From assembly GCF_018350175.1 (NCBI RefSeq), contig NC_058373.1:103232001-103296000 (forward strand): DNA of 64,000 nucleotides, given 5' to 3'. Made by a program: the position numbers and the translations under genes. The notes beneath the pieces are model-generated. The model worked only from the letters and a program-made list of their open reading frames with translations, searched no databases and was not told where the DNA came from. The DNA is from Felis catus (taxonomy: Eukaryota). Shown here one piece after another: positions 11,731 through 24,719 of this stretch (positions are counted from its first letter, which is position 1; each line of letters begins with the position of its first letter).

Positions 11731-11941
11731 TTGGGGTTTCTTGACCTCAGCGCTATTGGCAGTTTGGACAGATTATTCTTTGTTGTGAGGCAATGTTGTA
11801 TGTTGTGTTGAGCAGCATCCTTGGCCTCTAGCCATGTGGTACCAAAAGGCCCCCCTACTCCCAGTTGTGGCAACCAGAACTGTCTTCAGACACTGGGGAA
11901 TGTTCTTTTGGAGGGAGGGATGACCCTGGTGAGGACCATTG
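11731..11941. mobile_element. MER20 (hAT-Charlie MITE)
   Basis: ggtttcttgacctcagcgctattggcagtttggacagattattctttgttgtg...cccagttgtggcaaccagaactgtcttcagacactg...gaggaccattg, followed by gtctaga (hAT target preference). Confidence 0.85.
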
Positions 11942-11984
11942 GTCTAGACTCCTAAGTCTAGCCAGTATGTCACCTGCTTCGGAG

Positions 11985-12200
11985 TGCGAGCTCTGGCATT
12001 AGAGTCCCGGGGTTGATATCCCAGCTTTTGGCCAAGTGACAATGACACCGCCTCTCCGTTTTCTCATCTCTCAAGTGACGGAAAAGAACATTCAAATCCT
12101 AGGTTGGCATGCGTTAATACACGTAAGGTTTTTAGCTTTTAGAATGGTGCCTGGCCTGCTGGAAATGCTCAGTAAAGGTTAACCACGAGTATTGTTACTG
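11985..12200 (+). mobile_element. MIR
   Basis: gagctctggcattagagtcccggggttgatatcccagct...cctctccgttttctcatct...agaatggtgcctggc...tgctcagtaaa. Confidence 0.7.
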
Positions 12201-13190
12201 CTTATAAAAATACTGGGTATCATATTATATCTTCCTTTCCTTCCTCCTCCCGCTTATTTTTTCACTGTGTCACAGAATGGAGACCTAAGGGGGAAGTGAT
12301 AATCGAGACAGGGTTTCAGCAAATTAATCTCCTTTTTAAAAGCTGTATTGCTGTGTGCTTCGGCTGGCAGGCAGTGTGGCAGTGAATTGATACCACTCTC
12401 CTGACCGGCTTCCTTTCCTTTGGTGATTGTGTGCTGCTTAGCAGAGACCGTTGCTTGAACTCGGGTTTTGTGGAGAGTGAGGGCGATGCTTTGCACACGG
12501 ATGGTCTTTGGCCTGTATTAAGAAGGGCTGCTCTCAGTTCCTGTCTCAGTCCCAAGCCTCTCTCTTCCTCAGGTTGGAGGCACATTAAGACCTTCTGTCC
12601 CCAGACTGGGATGGAACGTGGTGAGAAGGCTTCCAGCCAGGAGTATGGGCTGGAAGGAAGGAGGATTTTTCTGTTACCCCAGTTAGTTGAAGCTCCCTCT
12701 ATCTTGAATTTCACCCTTTATCTAACCTGACAAGGACAAATTCATTTTTGCCAAAGCCTTGATTGTGGCAGTGGCTGCTAATTCATAGAAATAAAAAATA
12801 AAACAAAAAAGGCAGTGTGTGGGGGAGGTTGGGCAGGGGCTTGGTTGGGGGAAGAGGATCAGCAGAGATTTTTGTGCAGGAAAAAAATTTTCTCTACAGT
12901 CTGAGAATGAAAAAAGATGGAGTTGCAAACAAATAGGCAGGTAGTCATACTTACCAGAGGGACTTGAAACAATTTAAATGCACAAAATAGCTCCTCTGAT
13001 GATACATGCGATTGAATTGTACTGCTTATAGGTTTTTAAAAATCCATTAGTTAGTCCCAAAAATGTTAATGATAGATATTCTTTTAGTATCTTATTGATC
13101 TGAGTCTTAAAACACACTTATAAAGAGTGGGAATTTTCAAAATCTTTAAAATTTAAAACTTTAAGTTGTTAAGTTTAGAAAAATACTTCA

Positions 13191-13388
13191 GGGGCGCCTG
13201 GGTGGCTCAGTCAGTTGAGTGTCCAGCTCTTGATTTCAGCTCAGGTCATGATCTCACGGTTCGTGGGATCGAGCCCCACACTGGGCTCTGTGCTGACAGC
13301 ACAGAGGCCGCTTGAGATTCTCTCTCTTCCTCTCTCTGTGCCTCCCCCTATCTGCACACATGCTCGCTCACTCTCAAAATAAACATTA
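13191..13388 (+). mobile_element. CAN-SINE (SINEC, older subfamily)
   Basis: ggggcgcctgggtggctcagtcagttgag head. TSD aaaaatactt(c/t)a. Confidence 0.93.
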
Positions 13389-13879
13389 AAAAATACTTTA
13401 ATATGTAATTTTACAAGAAAAGTCAGCTTCCTTTTTTGTCAAAGGAGTATATAATTTATCCCTAGCTATGATACCATTTTTCTATAATATTAGGAAGACT
13501 CTGGAGCTACCTGGTCATTGTTCCTAGTAGGAAAAGTGAGGCCTACCTAGCATTATAGGACCTTTGTAGGATTGCTTGGGTAGCTTGAGCCTCAGGTTCT
13601 TAACTGCTACATTTTTATTGTTGGATCTTCATTTGGTCTGAGAAATTAAGTCTTTTATCACCTTATTCTTTTTTTATTAAAGTAATTGTTGTTCCTGAAC
13701 TTTGTGGACTCTTATGTGGTTTAAAAAAAAAAAAAAAACACTTATAAAAGCCACAGCTGAGTATAAGGTACTTTTATGGCATGCAGTGTGGGGTATTGAC
13801 CGTGAGTATACCCCTGTGGTGGGTGGTGTTTTCCACAGGCTCACTGCGTCTCCCTACTAGAACATTACCTCTGTTCCTG

Positions 13880-14430
13880 TCCTAAGTGTCTGCTTCTCAA
13901 CCTGCTTCCCTGCGTCCCACTTGCTTCTAAACTTCCTGTTCTTTGGTTCTAGTCCCGTCACCACCTACTTTGTAGTCTTAAGTGAGACCCTTGGTATCCT
14001 GCTTAACTTTTCTTTCCCGTGATACCTGGGCATCTCCCCCTGGCTAGTGAGCCCCCAGAGCCTACACAATGCAGATTCATTGACCCCATGCTCTCTTTTC
14101 CCCGTCTCTGTTGCCAGTGCCTGGTGCTGACATTTGCAGTAATTCTTGGATGGATGGATGAAGCCTTAACAGTTGTTCTTTTACTCCAGGCCATAGACTC
14201 TTCATATCTCTTAGATGCCCCTGAAGCGCTAAAATACTTTCAAGATAATGAGAGGTGTGCTCTTCTTCATACTGCTGGGTCTGCCCAGTGCTTCACTTCC
14301 CCTAGTTGAAACTTCCATCATGCATACAATAAGGCCCCATTTTCAGAGAATGGCTTGTGAAGTCTTCCACAGACTGGCCCCTATACCTTTCCAGCTTCCT
14401 TTGGTCTACCAGCAGCTCTTCTCTACTCCT
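13880..14430 (+). mobile_element. L2 fragment
   Basis: Pyrimidine-rich L2-like sequence, e.g. gcatacaataaggccccattttcagagaatggcttgtgaagtcttccacagactggcccct. Confidence 0.5.
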
Positions 14431-14493
14431 TGCAAAGTGAGTCAATTGGGAATGGTAAGGGATTAGTACTTTTAAGATCTTGCTCTTTATGTA

Positions 14494-15078
14494 TGTGAAA
14501 ATAAGGCCTGAGGGTTGGTCCTGGTATTAGAATTCAGGGGCCAGCTGTATCGAATTTAGATATCCCTGTACTCTGTGCACAGAGACAGCCCCGATGAATC
14601 CAGGGGCGTTCTCCTCCCACTGATGAGGATTAAGTCTAAAGCTTTAAACTGGATGATCCATTAATTTAATGCTTTTCCTTGATACAAGATTCTACAGTTT
14701 TCAGTAAATTTTCGGCACCCACGCAGACTAAAGGATGCGTGCAAGCCAGAAATAGCTTATAAAATGAGTGTTCCTTTCTGGTATTCCTTGTAAAAATAAC
14801 CTTGTAACCATCCTAGGAAAAGGGGACCCCCTGCTAAAATAAGGTAGAACCCCCGCTGAAAGTCTCTTGTGGTGTTCAGTCTTTACACACTGTCTTTGTG
14901 TTTGCTTCTTACCATTTCGCCATCGCCTTGTCTTCTAGTGGGGTGTGGAGAGACCAGCACTGCTCCTACCAGGAAAGAGCTGTGCTTGACCTTTCCACAT
15001 GGAGTGTTCTCCTGAGGCACCATTTCTGCGTTTTTGGAGGATGCTTTTTTTGAACCGTCCATTCTCACATCGCTCACA
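14494..15078 (+). mobile_element. Probable ERV1-class solo LTR (MER89/MER90-like)
   Basis: About 585 bp bounded by TG...CA (tgtgaaaata...ctcaca) with LTR-like composition. The subfamily is from recollection only and no clear TSD is visible. Confidence 0.5.
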
Positions 15079-15425
15079 GCTGGCTTCAGGCTGAAGCAGT
15101 TTCCAGCAGCATCTGTTCACTATGGCAGCTCTGAAGCTAGGTGGGCATTTTAATGGCCATGAAACAGAATTACTGTGTGAAAGACCTTTCAGCAATTGAG
15201 CTAAAGGCTTGGAAGCAGTGGAGACATTTTCACTTATGAAAATTGGCACTAAAGGAACACGTGGAGATACCTTTCCTCGAAATGCCACCACTTTCTATGT
15301 TAAATAATAGAGACCACCCATCAGAGGAAACTTTGCCACCTTAGCTAGTTTTAGTTGATGTTAAACCATTTTTCAGATTTTAGAGTTGTTCCATAGAGAT
15401 CTTTTGGTTATTTAAATATGAATCA

Positions 15426-17119
15426 GACCCAAAGCCATCTACAGATTCAATGCACTACCTATCAAAATTCCAATGGCATTTTCACAGAACTAGAAGAAAC
15501 AATCCTAAAATTCATATGGAGCCACAAAACCCCCAATTACCAAGGCAGTCTTAGGGAGGAAGAACAAAGCTGGAGGCATCATGCTTCCTGGTTTCAAATT
15601 GTATTCTAAAGCTGTAATAATCAAAATGGAATGGTATTGGCATAAAAACAGATACCTAGACCAGTGGAACAGAATAGAGAGCCGAGGAATAAACCCAAAA
15701 ATATATTGCCAAGTTATGACAAAGGAGCCAAGAGTAATCCATAGGAAAAGATGGTCTCTTCAGTAAATGGTGTTAGAAAAGTTGGACAGCCACATGCAAA
15801 AGAATGTAACTGGACTACCATCTTAAGCCATACACAGAAATCAAAGTGGGTTGAAGAAGGGAAGACCTGAAAAGGTAAAACTCCTAGAAGGGAACAAGGG
15901 GTAAGTTTCTTGACATGGGTCTTGGTGATGATTTCTTGAATTTGACACCAAAAGCCGAGGCAACACAAGCAAAATAAGTGGGCTTACATCAGACGAAAAA
16001 GCCTCTGTATAACAGAGGGAACCACCAACAAAATGAAAAGGCAACCTGCAAAGTGGGAGAAAATATTTGCAAATTATTTCTGATAAGTAGTCTTAATATC
16101 CAAAATACATAAAGAACTGATACAACTCAATAGCATAAAACCAGCTGATATTTTAAAATGGGTAGAGGAACTGCATAGACACTTTTCCAAAGAAGACATC
16201 CAAATGGCCAACAGGTAAATGACAAGATGATGAACATCAGTCATCATCAAGGAAATGCAGATCAAAACCACAATGAGATGCCATCTTACACCTGTTAAAA
16301 TGCTTGTTCTCAAAAAGATACACACTTGGAAAGATGTGGAGAAAAGGGAATTCTTATCCACTGTTGGTTGAAATGTAAATTGATATAGCCACTATGGAAA
16401 GCGATATGGAAAACTAAAAATAGAGCTACCGTATGACCTAGCACTTCTGGATATATATGCAAAGGAAATGAAAACAGGGTCTCAAAGAGATAGCTGCACT
16501 CCCAGGTTCGTTGCAGTTCTGTTCACAGTAGCCAAGATAATGGCAAGAACCTAAGTATCTGTCAGTGAATGAGTCAATAAAGATATGGGGTGTGTGTGTG
16601 TGTGTACACACATACATACATGCAAATGTTATTCAGGTACAAGAAAGGACATCCTGCCATTTATGAAAATACAGATGGGCCTTGAGGACATTTATGCTAA
16701 GTGAAATAAGGCTAAAAGACAGTATAGGTTTAACTTACATGGACGATCTTAAAAGGCTGAATTCAGAAACCGAGACTAGCACAGTAGTTACCAGCTGACG
16801 TGTGAAAAAAATGGGAGATGCTGGTCAAAGGTACAAACGTCTGGTTCTAAGCTCTGGGGACCTAGTGTGCAGCATAGTGATTATAGCCAATAATACTGTA
16901 TTATAGAAAAACTGTATCATGTAGTTGAACTTTGCTGAGGGAGTAAATGTTATGTATTCTCACCCCAGAAGAGTAATGGTAATTACATGGCATGATGGAG
17001 GTGTTAGCTAAAGCTGTGGTAATGATCCTTTTTGCAGAATACGTGTGTCAAGTCAACATGTTGCACACCTTATTCTTATATCACGTTACGCCAGTGATAC
17101 CTCTGTAAAGCTGGGGAGG
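15426..17119 (+). mobile_element. 5'-truncated L1 (L1MA-like), ORF2 C-terminal part plus 3' UTR
   Basis: ORF2 peptides [13 protein letters not shown] and [20 protein letters not shown] aatatgaatca (15415-15425) / aataggaatca (17120-17130). Confidence 0.93.
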
Positions 17120-17992
17120 AATAGGAATCACACGTCAAAAAGCTTAACCTGTGTAGCAAGAAGTTTTGAACACCATTCTCAGAGGCGGAGGACTGACGTG
17201 GGCTGCACTTTGCACGTGTAGTTGTCAAGCAGGATGTGACTGGAGCCTCCAGTGGGAGAGCACCATTTACGTGAGCACATTCCCAGTTGGCAGAATCGAT
17301 GTTTTGACTCCAGAAGGTCAATTTAGGATTACTAGGGTAGGGGTGGGAGGAGAGTCCTATAGAATTAGCCATTTATTCATCTTAATAGGGAAATAAAATA
17401 GGATATCAAAATGCTTAAAATATTAGCTGTGTGTTTTTTTTTTTTAACGCAATTTACCAGATTTGGTTCTATAAATAAAAATGATGCCAAGTGAACTGAA
17501 AAGCTAGAAAGAAGCAAGATATTTCTTAGGAGTAATTTCCCTCCTCGAAATAACTAGACCTCTTTCCTTCCAAAGCATTTTGGGGGGGAGGTACAAATTG
17601 TAGACCCTGAAATGAACATGTTTGGCATTGATTTCTGAAGAAAGTTCTTTTGGTCCACGTTTAGGAAGGAATTGGAGCCATGGAAAACTTTTTAGTCCTT
17701 GATATTATACTTCTGGTGATGAGACCATGATTATGTCACTGTCCCTGGGTTGATGAGCTTTGCTTTGGAAAATGTGTGATCCTCTACTTCAAACAAACTC
17801 TGTATGGATTCCTTGCAGAGGTGGCTGTAAGGAAACAGTCTCCGTGCCCTTGTGTCCCCACATCCCTTCCTCTCATCAGACCTGTCTGGTGCACTGCATG
17901 GAACACGTGCACTACTGCTCATGGGAAAAGGGACCAATAGAAGCATGTTTTTAAAATCTGTGTTTTCAGATTTAAAAAGTATTTTTCATTAA

Positions 17993-18180
17993 TTTTTTTT
18001 TTTTTTTGTAATTATGTTAGAGGGCAAGCAGGGGAGAAGGGCAGAGGGAGGGAGAGAATCTTAAGCAGGCTTCATGCTCAGCACAGAGCCCAAGGCGGGG
18101 CTCAATCCCATGACCCAGGGATCACGATCAGAGCCGAAAGCAAGAGTCAAATGCTCAACCAACTGAGCCACCCAGACGCC
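17993..18180 (-). mobile_element. CAN-SINE (older subfamily)
   Basis: gagaatcttaagcaggcttcatgctcagcacagagccc...aactgagccacccagacgcc. Confidence 0.9.
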
Positions 18181-18488
18181 TCTCATTTTTAATTCTAAGA
18201 TGTCAGTTAATTTTTTGCCAATCTGATGGGTGAAGTGTAGAATTTATGTTAATCTCCTGGCATTTGTTAAAGATCTAATGTTTAGATTTCTTGCCTATTT
18301 TTAAATTATAGTGTTGGACTTTTTTATATATGTGATGTATATAACAAAGAGGTCTTATCAATTTCCTTTGTCTTTTAACTCTGTTCACTGTATTTGCGGC
18401 TTTTTTTTTTAACCTTGATGTAATCATATGTGGAATTTTTTCACTTATGATTTATGTTTCCTGTTATGCTTAAGAAATACTCTATCCT

Positions 18489-18716
18489 GGGGCACCTGGG
18501 TGGCTCAGTCGGTCGGGCGGCCGACTATAGCTCATGTCACGATCTTGCAGTCTGTGAGTTCCAGCCCCGCATCGGGCTCTGTGCTGACAGCTCAGAGCCT
18601 GGAGCCTGCTTCCGGTTCTGTGTCTCCCTCTCTCTCTGCCCCTCCCCTGCTTGTACTCTGTCTCTTTCTCTCTCTCAAAAATAATAAACATTAAAAAAAA
18701 AACTTTAATTAAAAAA
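18489..18716 (+). mobile_element. CAN-SINE (SINEC)
   Basis: TSD aag(a/t)aatactctatcc. Confidence 0.95.
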
Positions 18717-18774
18717 AAGTAATACTCTATCCCAAGGTTTACATATCTTATACTTTTTCAAATGCTTTTTTGAC

Positions 18775-18972
18775 TTTGAGCGAGAGAGGGAGCGTGTGCG
18801 CGCACACATCCAATCAGGGATGGGATGGAGGGAGAGGGAGGGAGAGAGTCATAAGCAGGTTCTACAGTCAGCACAGAGCCAAGCACGGGGCTTAGTCTCA
18901 TGACCATGAGATCATGAGCTGAGCCAAAATCGAGAGTCCGATGCTTAACTGACTGAACCACCCCAGCACCCC
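18775..18972 (-). mobile_element. CAN-SINE (older subfamily, tail eroded)
   Basis: gagatcatgagctgagccaaaatcgagagtccgatgcttaactgactgaaccaccccagcacccc. Confidence 0.88.
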
Positions 18973-18979
18973 TGACTTT

Positions 18980-19200
18980 TTTAAAATTTCTTTTATTACA
19001 CTTATTTATTTTTGAGAGGGTGAGATAGAGCAGGAGTGGGGGAGGGGCAGAGATAGAAAGAGATACAGAATCTGAAGCAGGCTCAGGTTCCGAGCAAGCA
19101 TTCAACACAGAGCCCGACGTGGGGCTCGAACCCACAGACCGTGAGATCATGACCTGAGTCAAAGTCAGACACTTAACCGACTGAGCTACCCAGGCACTCC
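18980..19200 (-). mobile_element. CAN-SINE (SINEC)
   Basis: SINE body flanked by ctgacttt at 18972 and 19201. Confidence 0.93.
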
Positions 19201-19794
19201 CTGACTTTATTTTTTATACTTAGATTTTTCTTCCGTTTGAATTTTATTTTTAAATCAATTATTAATTGAGCATCTCCTTTGTGCTGGGCCCTGGGTTCTG
19301 TACTCATGAGTAAAACTTGATCCCTCAACTAGTGGAGCTTTATCCTGGCAGAGGCAGGCGGTAAATAGGTTACCAAACAAATACATAATTTCCATCTGTG
19401 CCCAGTGCTATCAAGGAAACAGCGGGTCTAGGGTCGAGGGACACAAGCTTAAGCCATGCTGAATTATGAAGAGATACATAGAAGTTAGCTTTGCAGAGAG
19501 GGGGGCAGAAGATATAACCGGCAGGATATTCTAAGACCCCGAGGCAGATTTGAGGATTGGTAAGTGGAGAGTTGGAGTCTGGGATGAGACCAGGGTTCAG
19601 AAGTAACGGCTTCTTCGTGTCTTGTTAAGGGGCCTTGCTTTTAATCTAGGTACAGTAGGAAGCTGTGGGGGGTTTAGGGAGAGAATGTATGAAGGACGAG
19701 TGTTTTAGTTTTGATAGGGAAGGTAAGGATGGACGCAGAGAAACCAGATAGGCTACTCTAATAGGCTGGATAAGAGATGAACGGCTTAGACTAG

Positions 19795-20198
19795 CGTGAT
19801 GGTTAATTCTGTGTGTCACCTTGGCTGGGCTCTGAGGCCCAGATATGTGGTCAAACATTTAGAATAATGTTCCTTGAGGTGTTTTTGGAGGTTAACATTT
19901 TAACTCATGAACTCTTAGTAACAGATTGCCCTGTATAATGCTGGTGGGCCTCGTCTAATCAATTGAAGGTCTGAATAGAACAAAAGACTGGCCTCCTTGA
20001 ACAAGAGGGAGTTCTGCAGTAGCCAGGTAGACAGCATTCACACTTGAACTGTAGCACTAGCTTTTCCCTGGTCTCCAGCTTGTAGGCTCACGGTGCAGAT
20101 TTTGGATTTGCTAGCCTCTATAACAACATGAGCCAATTCTGTAAAACACAAAAACAAACAGCCAAAACTTTGTGTGTGTGCATGCAAGCGCATACACC

Positions 20199-20229
<31 letters not shown>

Positions 20230-20269
20230 ACACTGGTTCTGCTTCTCTGGACAGCCTTGACTAATAACA
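19795..20269 (+). mobile_element. MLT2 (ERV-L) solo LTR
   Basis: Start gtgatggttaattctgtgtgtcaccttggctggg...cccagatatgtggtcaaacatt. End tggttctgcttctctggacagccttgactaataaca. Confidence 0.9.
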
Positions 20270-20585
20270 CCAGAAGTGGTGACAGTGAAAATACAGAGAA
20301 CTGAGCCTGTTTTTGAGGTGGAAAGAGTGGGACTCACTGAGAGGAATAAATTGTAATTGAATGGATGGTGAGGTCATTCGGGGAATTGAAAGCACAGAGA
20401 GGAGCCAAGGTAGGGGAAATTCAAGAGTTTGGTACCTGTTTCATTTGAGGTGCCACTGGGATATGAGCGGAAGGGTTAAGTATACAAATCGGAGATACGA
20501 TTCTGAAACTCAGCAGTACAGACAGGGGCAGAAGATGCAGAACTGAGCACTAGAGAACCCCACCTTTAGAAATACACTAACAGCA

Positions 20586-20745
20586 GGGCGCCTGGATGGC
20601 TCGGTCAGTTGAGCGTCTGACATTGGCTCAGGTCATGATCTCACAGTTTGTGAGTTTGAGCCCTGTGTCGGGCTCTGTCCCTCAGAGCCCCTCTCCCACT
20701 TGCGCTCTCTCAATCAATCAATAAAAACATTAAAAACACATATAA
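20586..20745 (+). mobile_element. CAN-SINE with internal deletion
   Basis: SINE head gggcgcctggatggctcggtcagttgagcg. The middle segment is missing and an A-rich tail is present. Confidence 0.88.
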
Positions 20746-21629
20746 ATACATGGACAGGGAGTGACCAGAAACATAGGAGAACCAAGAGCTTCAAAGAATG
20801 TAGCTGATGTCAGATGCTGTTGCGTGGTACCAGAAGACGAAGACTAATTAGAGGTGACTGTTAGGCTTGACAGCTTGCTGGTTGGTGGTTATTTGACTAA
20901 TGCAGAGTTGATGGCGTAGTGGGAACAAAATCAGGAGTGGAATGGGCTGAGTGAAGTGGAGCTGAAGATGGGAAGAACGCACCTGTGCCAACCTCTGGAT
21001 GTGCAGCAACAGGGAACAGCAAAACCAGGGGAGGAGGAGTTGAGGATTTGGAGCTCGGGGGTATTTCACTCTTACTTTTTAACGATGGATGATAGGAAGG
21101 CATGTTCAGAATCTGATGGAGATGATCCAGTAGTGTGGAAGACTGAGGATGAGGAGAAAGAAGGTGTAAAATAGGAGAAACAGGTCCTTGGCAGGTGTGT
21201 CCGTTGGGGGAATGAGGAGCTCCCATGTAATGGATTTTGTTCTCCTAGAAAAGGGAATTGGGAAGTAAGGAGAGTATGTGAAGGAGGTAGGAGGTAGTAG
21301 AGCGGGGAAGAAAGTTAACTCAGAATAGCTAGGATGGTGTTGAAATCCCTCCTTGAGAGTTGAGACTGATTTAAAGGGACGCTAGTCTGTTTTTCTGTTG
21401 TAAATGTTTTGCTGCAGTGGTGGAGAAAGAAGAAAGAAGAAAATTGGGTTAGAGTCTGACAAACAGGACCAAGGGAATGGTTTTTATGGGAGTGATAAAA
21501 GTGATTGATGAAATTTCAGTTTGATGAAAAGGATACTGATGGATAACTGGTGACATCCAAGAACTGTGGTGGAAGGATGTGATGAGGTCATATATATGCT
21601 GTGAGGTGAGGGGTCTACCTGCATTATTT

Positions 21630-23860
21630 TCAGGAGAAGCAGTTGTGCCCCAACCCTTTATTAAGTAGACCATCCTTTGTTCACTGACTTGACTTGCCAC
21701 TGTTCCCGTATATTGAATTTCCATACAATCCTAGGAGCCCTCTTTGTCTCTCTGTTCTGTTCTTCAGATCTCTTTGCCTCTTGCAATGTAGACACACGCT
21801 TTCAGTATGGGGTAGAGCAGGGTTAGGGTCCTTCAGGGACACGTGCAGTTTTTCCAGACCTACCACCTGGAATGGAGTTGCTTGGTAAGGCAGAAGTTCA
21901 TCTTCTGTGTCACTATTGCTAAATTGTTCTCCAAGATGTTTGTAGCATTTTATACTCCTACCAGTAAGAGTTTTTATTTCTCCATGTTCTTACAAATACT
22001 TGATGTTACCAGACTTATTTGGGGAGAGGACTTCACTGACCTTCCTACTCCATCATGCTGGATGTGCAAGTTGAGAGGTTTTAGATTTTAATGTAGTCAG
22101 GCAAATCTGTTTCTTCTCCTCTTCCCCCTTATAGCCTGTGCTTTTGTGTCCCTTATTTAAACAATCTTTTCCTATGATAGTGTCATAGACATTGTTTCTG
22201 ATATTCTTTTTTAAGTGTTTATTTGAATTCCAGTTACCATACAGTGTAATTTAGTTTCAGGTGTACAATTTAGTATTCACCACTTACATACAATGCCCAG
22301 TGCTCATCACAAGTGCCTTCCTTAATCCCCATCACCTATTTCACCCATTCCCTCACCCGCCCCCACCATCAGTTCTCTATAGTTAAGAGTCTGTTTCTTG
22401 GTTTACCTCTATTTATTCCCCTATGATAATTTGTTCCTTAAATTTCACATATGAGTGAAATTATATGGCATTTGTCTTTTCTGGCTTATTTTGCTTCACA
22501 TAATACTCTGTAGCTCCATCCACATTGTTGCAAATGGCAAGATTTCATTCTTTTTTTATGGCAGATTAATATTCCATTGTATATCTCTATACATCTATAT
22601 ATAGATATATATCACACCACAGTATCTCCTTTATTCATCAGCAGTGGACATTTGGGTGTTGTACATAATTTGGCTGTTGTAGATAATGCTGTTATAAACA
22701 CTGGGGTGCATATATCCCTTCAAATCAGTGTTTTTGGTAAATACCCAGTAGTGGAATTACTTGATTGTATATTCATCCTATTTTTAACTGTTTGAGGAAC
22801 CTCCATACTGTTTTCCAGAGTGCCTGTACCGGTTTGCATTCCCACCAACAGTATAAGAGGGCTACTCTTTCTCCACACCCTTGTCAACACCCATTGTTTC
22901 TTGTGTTGTTGATTTTAGCCATTCTGACAGGTGTGAAGTGATATCTCATTGTAGTTTTGATTTCTGATATTATCTTTTAATATGTTTTAAATAAAGTTTT
23001 GCTTTTCATGGTTAGGACTTTAAACCAGAGTTGATTTTGTGTAGGTTGTAAGCTAAGCGAAGATCTAGAATTGTTGTTTTTGTCATCAAGAACCAATTTT
23101 CTCTGCACTTTACCTGGTTTCCAGTCAAATACTAACTTCCTACATAAATATGTGGACCCAGATCTATAGCTCTGTATTCTCTTCCATTGGTCTGTTTATC
23201 CCCCGACCAACACCACACTATTTTAATTACTACACCTTCACAGTAAATCCTAATGTTTGGTAAGGTAAGCCCCACCCACCTTGTTCTTCAGAAGTGTCTT
23301 CATTATTCTGGGTTCTCTTCTCTTCCACGTGAATTCTACGGATTAGATTGCCAGGTCCTATCGAAAGTCATGTTAGAGTTTTGTTAGGAATTGCATGTAA
23401 TTTGTAGATTAATTTGGGAGTGAAAGTTGTACAGTTGACTCTTCCCATAACCATTCATATCTATGATTATGTCCCCCTTTTTTTACTCCTATAATCATAT
23501 ATTTTTGTTTCTCCTCTTTTGTTTAGATGTATTTTATTTTACTCCTACTTTCAAAAAGTCAGATTTTGCCTTATTTTCCACTGTTACTCTCTTAAATTTC
23601 ATTAATTTTAGTTCGCCTCTCTCCTTACAGTAATTCTGTAAACAACAGCAGTTCTGTTACTGTCGTGTGTGAGCCAGTTTGTCTTGCTGCTCAAGACTTT
23701 TCTCGGGAGGGCGATCACATGATGTTTTCGAGTCCTCTTTAGTGACCGTCCTAAGTCTCTCCACATACTCGTGTTTGGAAACTGAATGTCTCCATTCCGC
23801 TTGGGCTCTAATAGAAGCCATTTACTTCTGTTCCATCTTTGTGTTTAGACAAGAGCAGGA
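21630..23860 (-). mobile_element. Old L1 (L1ME-like) fragments
   Basis: Reverse L1 motifs (ttgctaaattgttctccaa, ttccattggtctgtttatc, ggaattgcatgtaatttgtagattaatttgggag). Interrupted by a younger L1. Confidence 0.6.
22206..22960 (-). mobile_element. Short 5'-truncated carnivore L1 3' end
   Basis: Carnivore L1 3' UTR (gtgctcatcacaagtgcc), similar to 31740-32460. TSD tttctgatatt at 22195-22205 and 22961-22971. Confidence 0.92.
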
Positions 23861-24719
23861 TTAGTCTGGGTCATTTCTTCTCTTCCTATGTTGCTGCTAG
23901 GGTGGAATCCAGTGAAGAATTAGGAGCTGTGAGGAGGGAAGTGTCCAATAATCACAGATGGTAGATTCCTAAATGTGATTGGAAACCATTCCTTATTATC
24001 AGGAATATAAAAATAGAATATTCTAAATGTGCTGATTAAATCTACACAGTGCTTCTTGTTCCTCCTGTTGATTTCTCCGGGTGTGGCTAGCAATGAACCA
24101 AGGTTGATAACTGGCAAGTCTGCGTGAAATCCTCATTGTAAATGAGTTTAATGGCCAGTTTGACATATTTATTCTGATTAGACACAAACCCTACTGGTTG
24201 CATCGAGAGTTAAAAGTTGTTTTGGTAAATTAAAATATGTGAACATATGTGATAAGCCAATTTCTCAGCTCTTTCTCCAGTATTTATGATTTGCACTCAG
24301 CTTGTTGGGATCCAGGGATTTGATTCTGTGCTACAGGCTCTGTTTATGGTTGTGCCATGCACACAGGTGGTGCCTGATAAATCTTCTCTTGCTTGGTGTT
24401 GACTGCGTGTACTCACAGTTTACTTGCACTGCAGAAACCTGCGTTACATGTGTGGCGGCCCTTGGAGTATTCACGCGGTAGACACAGCTCTGAATCAAGC
24501 TTGGGTCTCCTGCCAGTCGGCAGCTTAAGTGATTAATGAAGAGTTTGTACAAAATCGGGAGGAATGGTTTAAAAACAGAATTCAAGGCCTCTATATAAAT
24601 GTTTATTTTCTTCATAATCTACTTCACAATTCATTTTCCAAATATGTGTTGTTTTTCTTCCTTATGGGCAACAAAATGTACTTCCGGCTACTTTTCCTTG
24701 CGGCTACCATACCATCCTG

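Larger units (their letters stand above)
18190..19250 (-). mobile_element. Old L1 (L1ME-like) fragment hosting three SINEs
   Basis: ttttgccaatctgatgggtgaa, atgcttaagaaatactctatcc|caagg and tttttatacttagatttt are reverse L1 ORF2/3' motifs. Confidence 0.55.
19250..21250 (-). mobile_element. L2 remnant interrupted by MLT2 and a SINE
   Basis: Reverse L2 3' end (attgagcatctcctttgtgctgggccctggg) followed by typical purine-rich reverse-L2 sequence. Confidence 0.7.
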
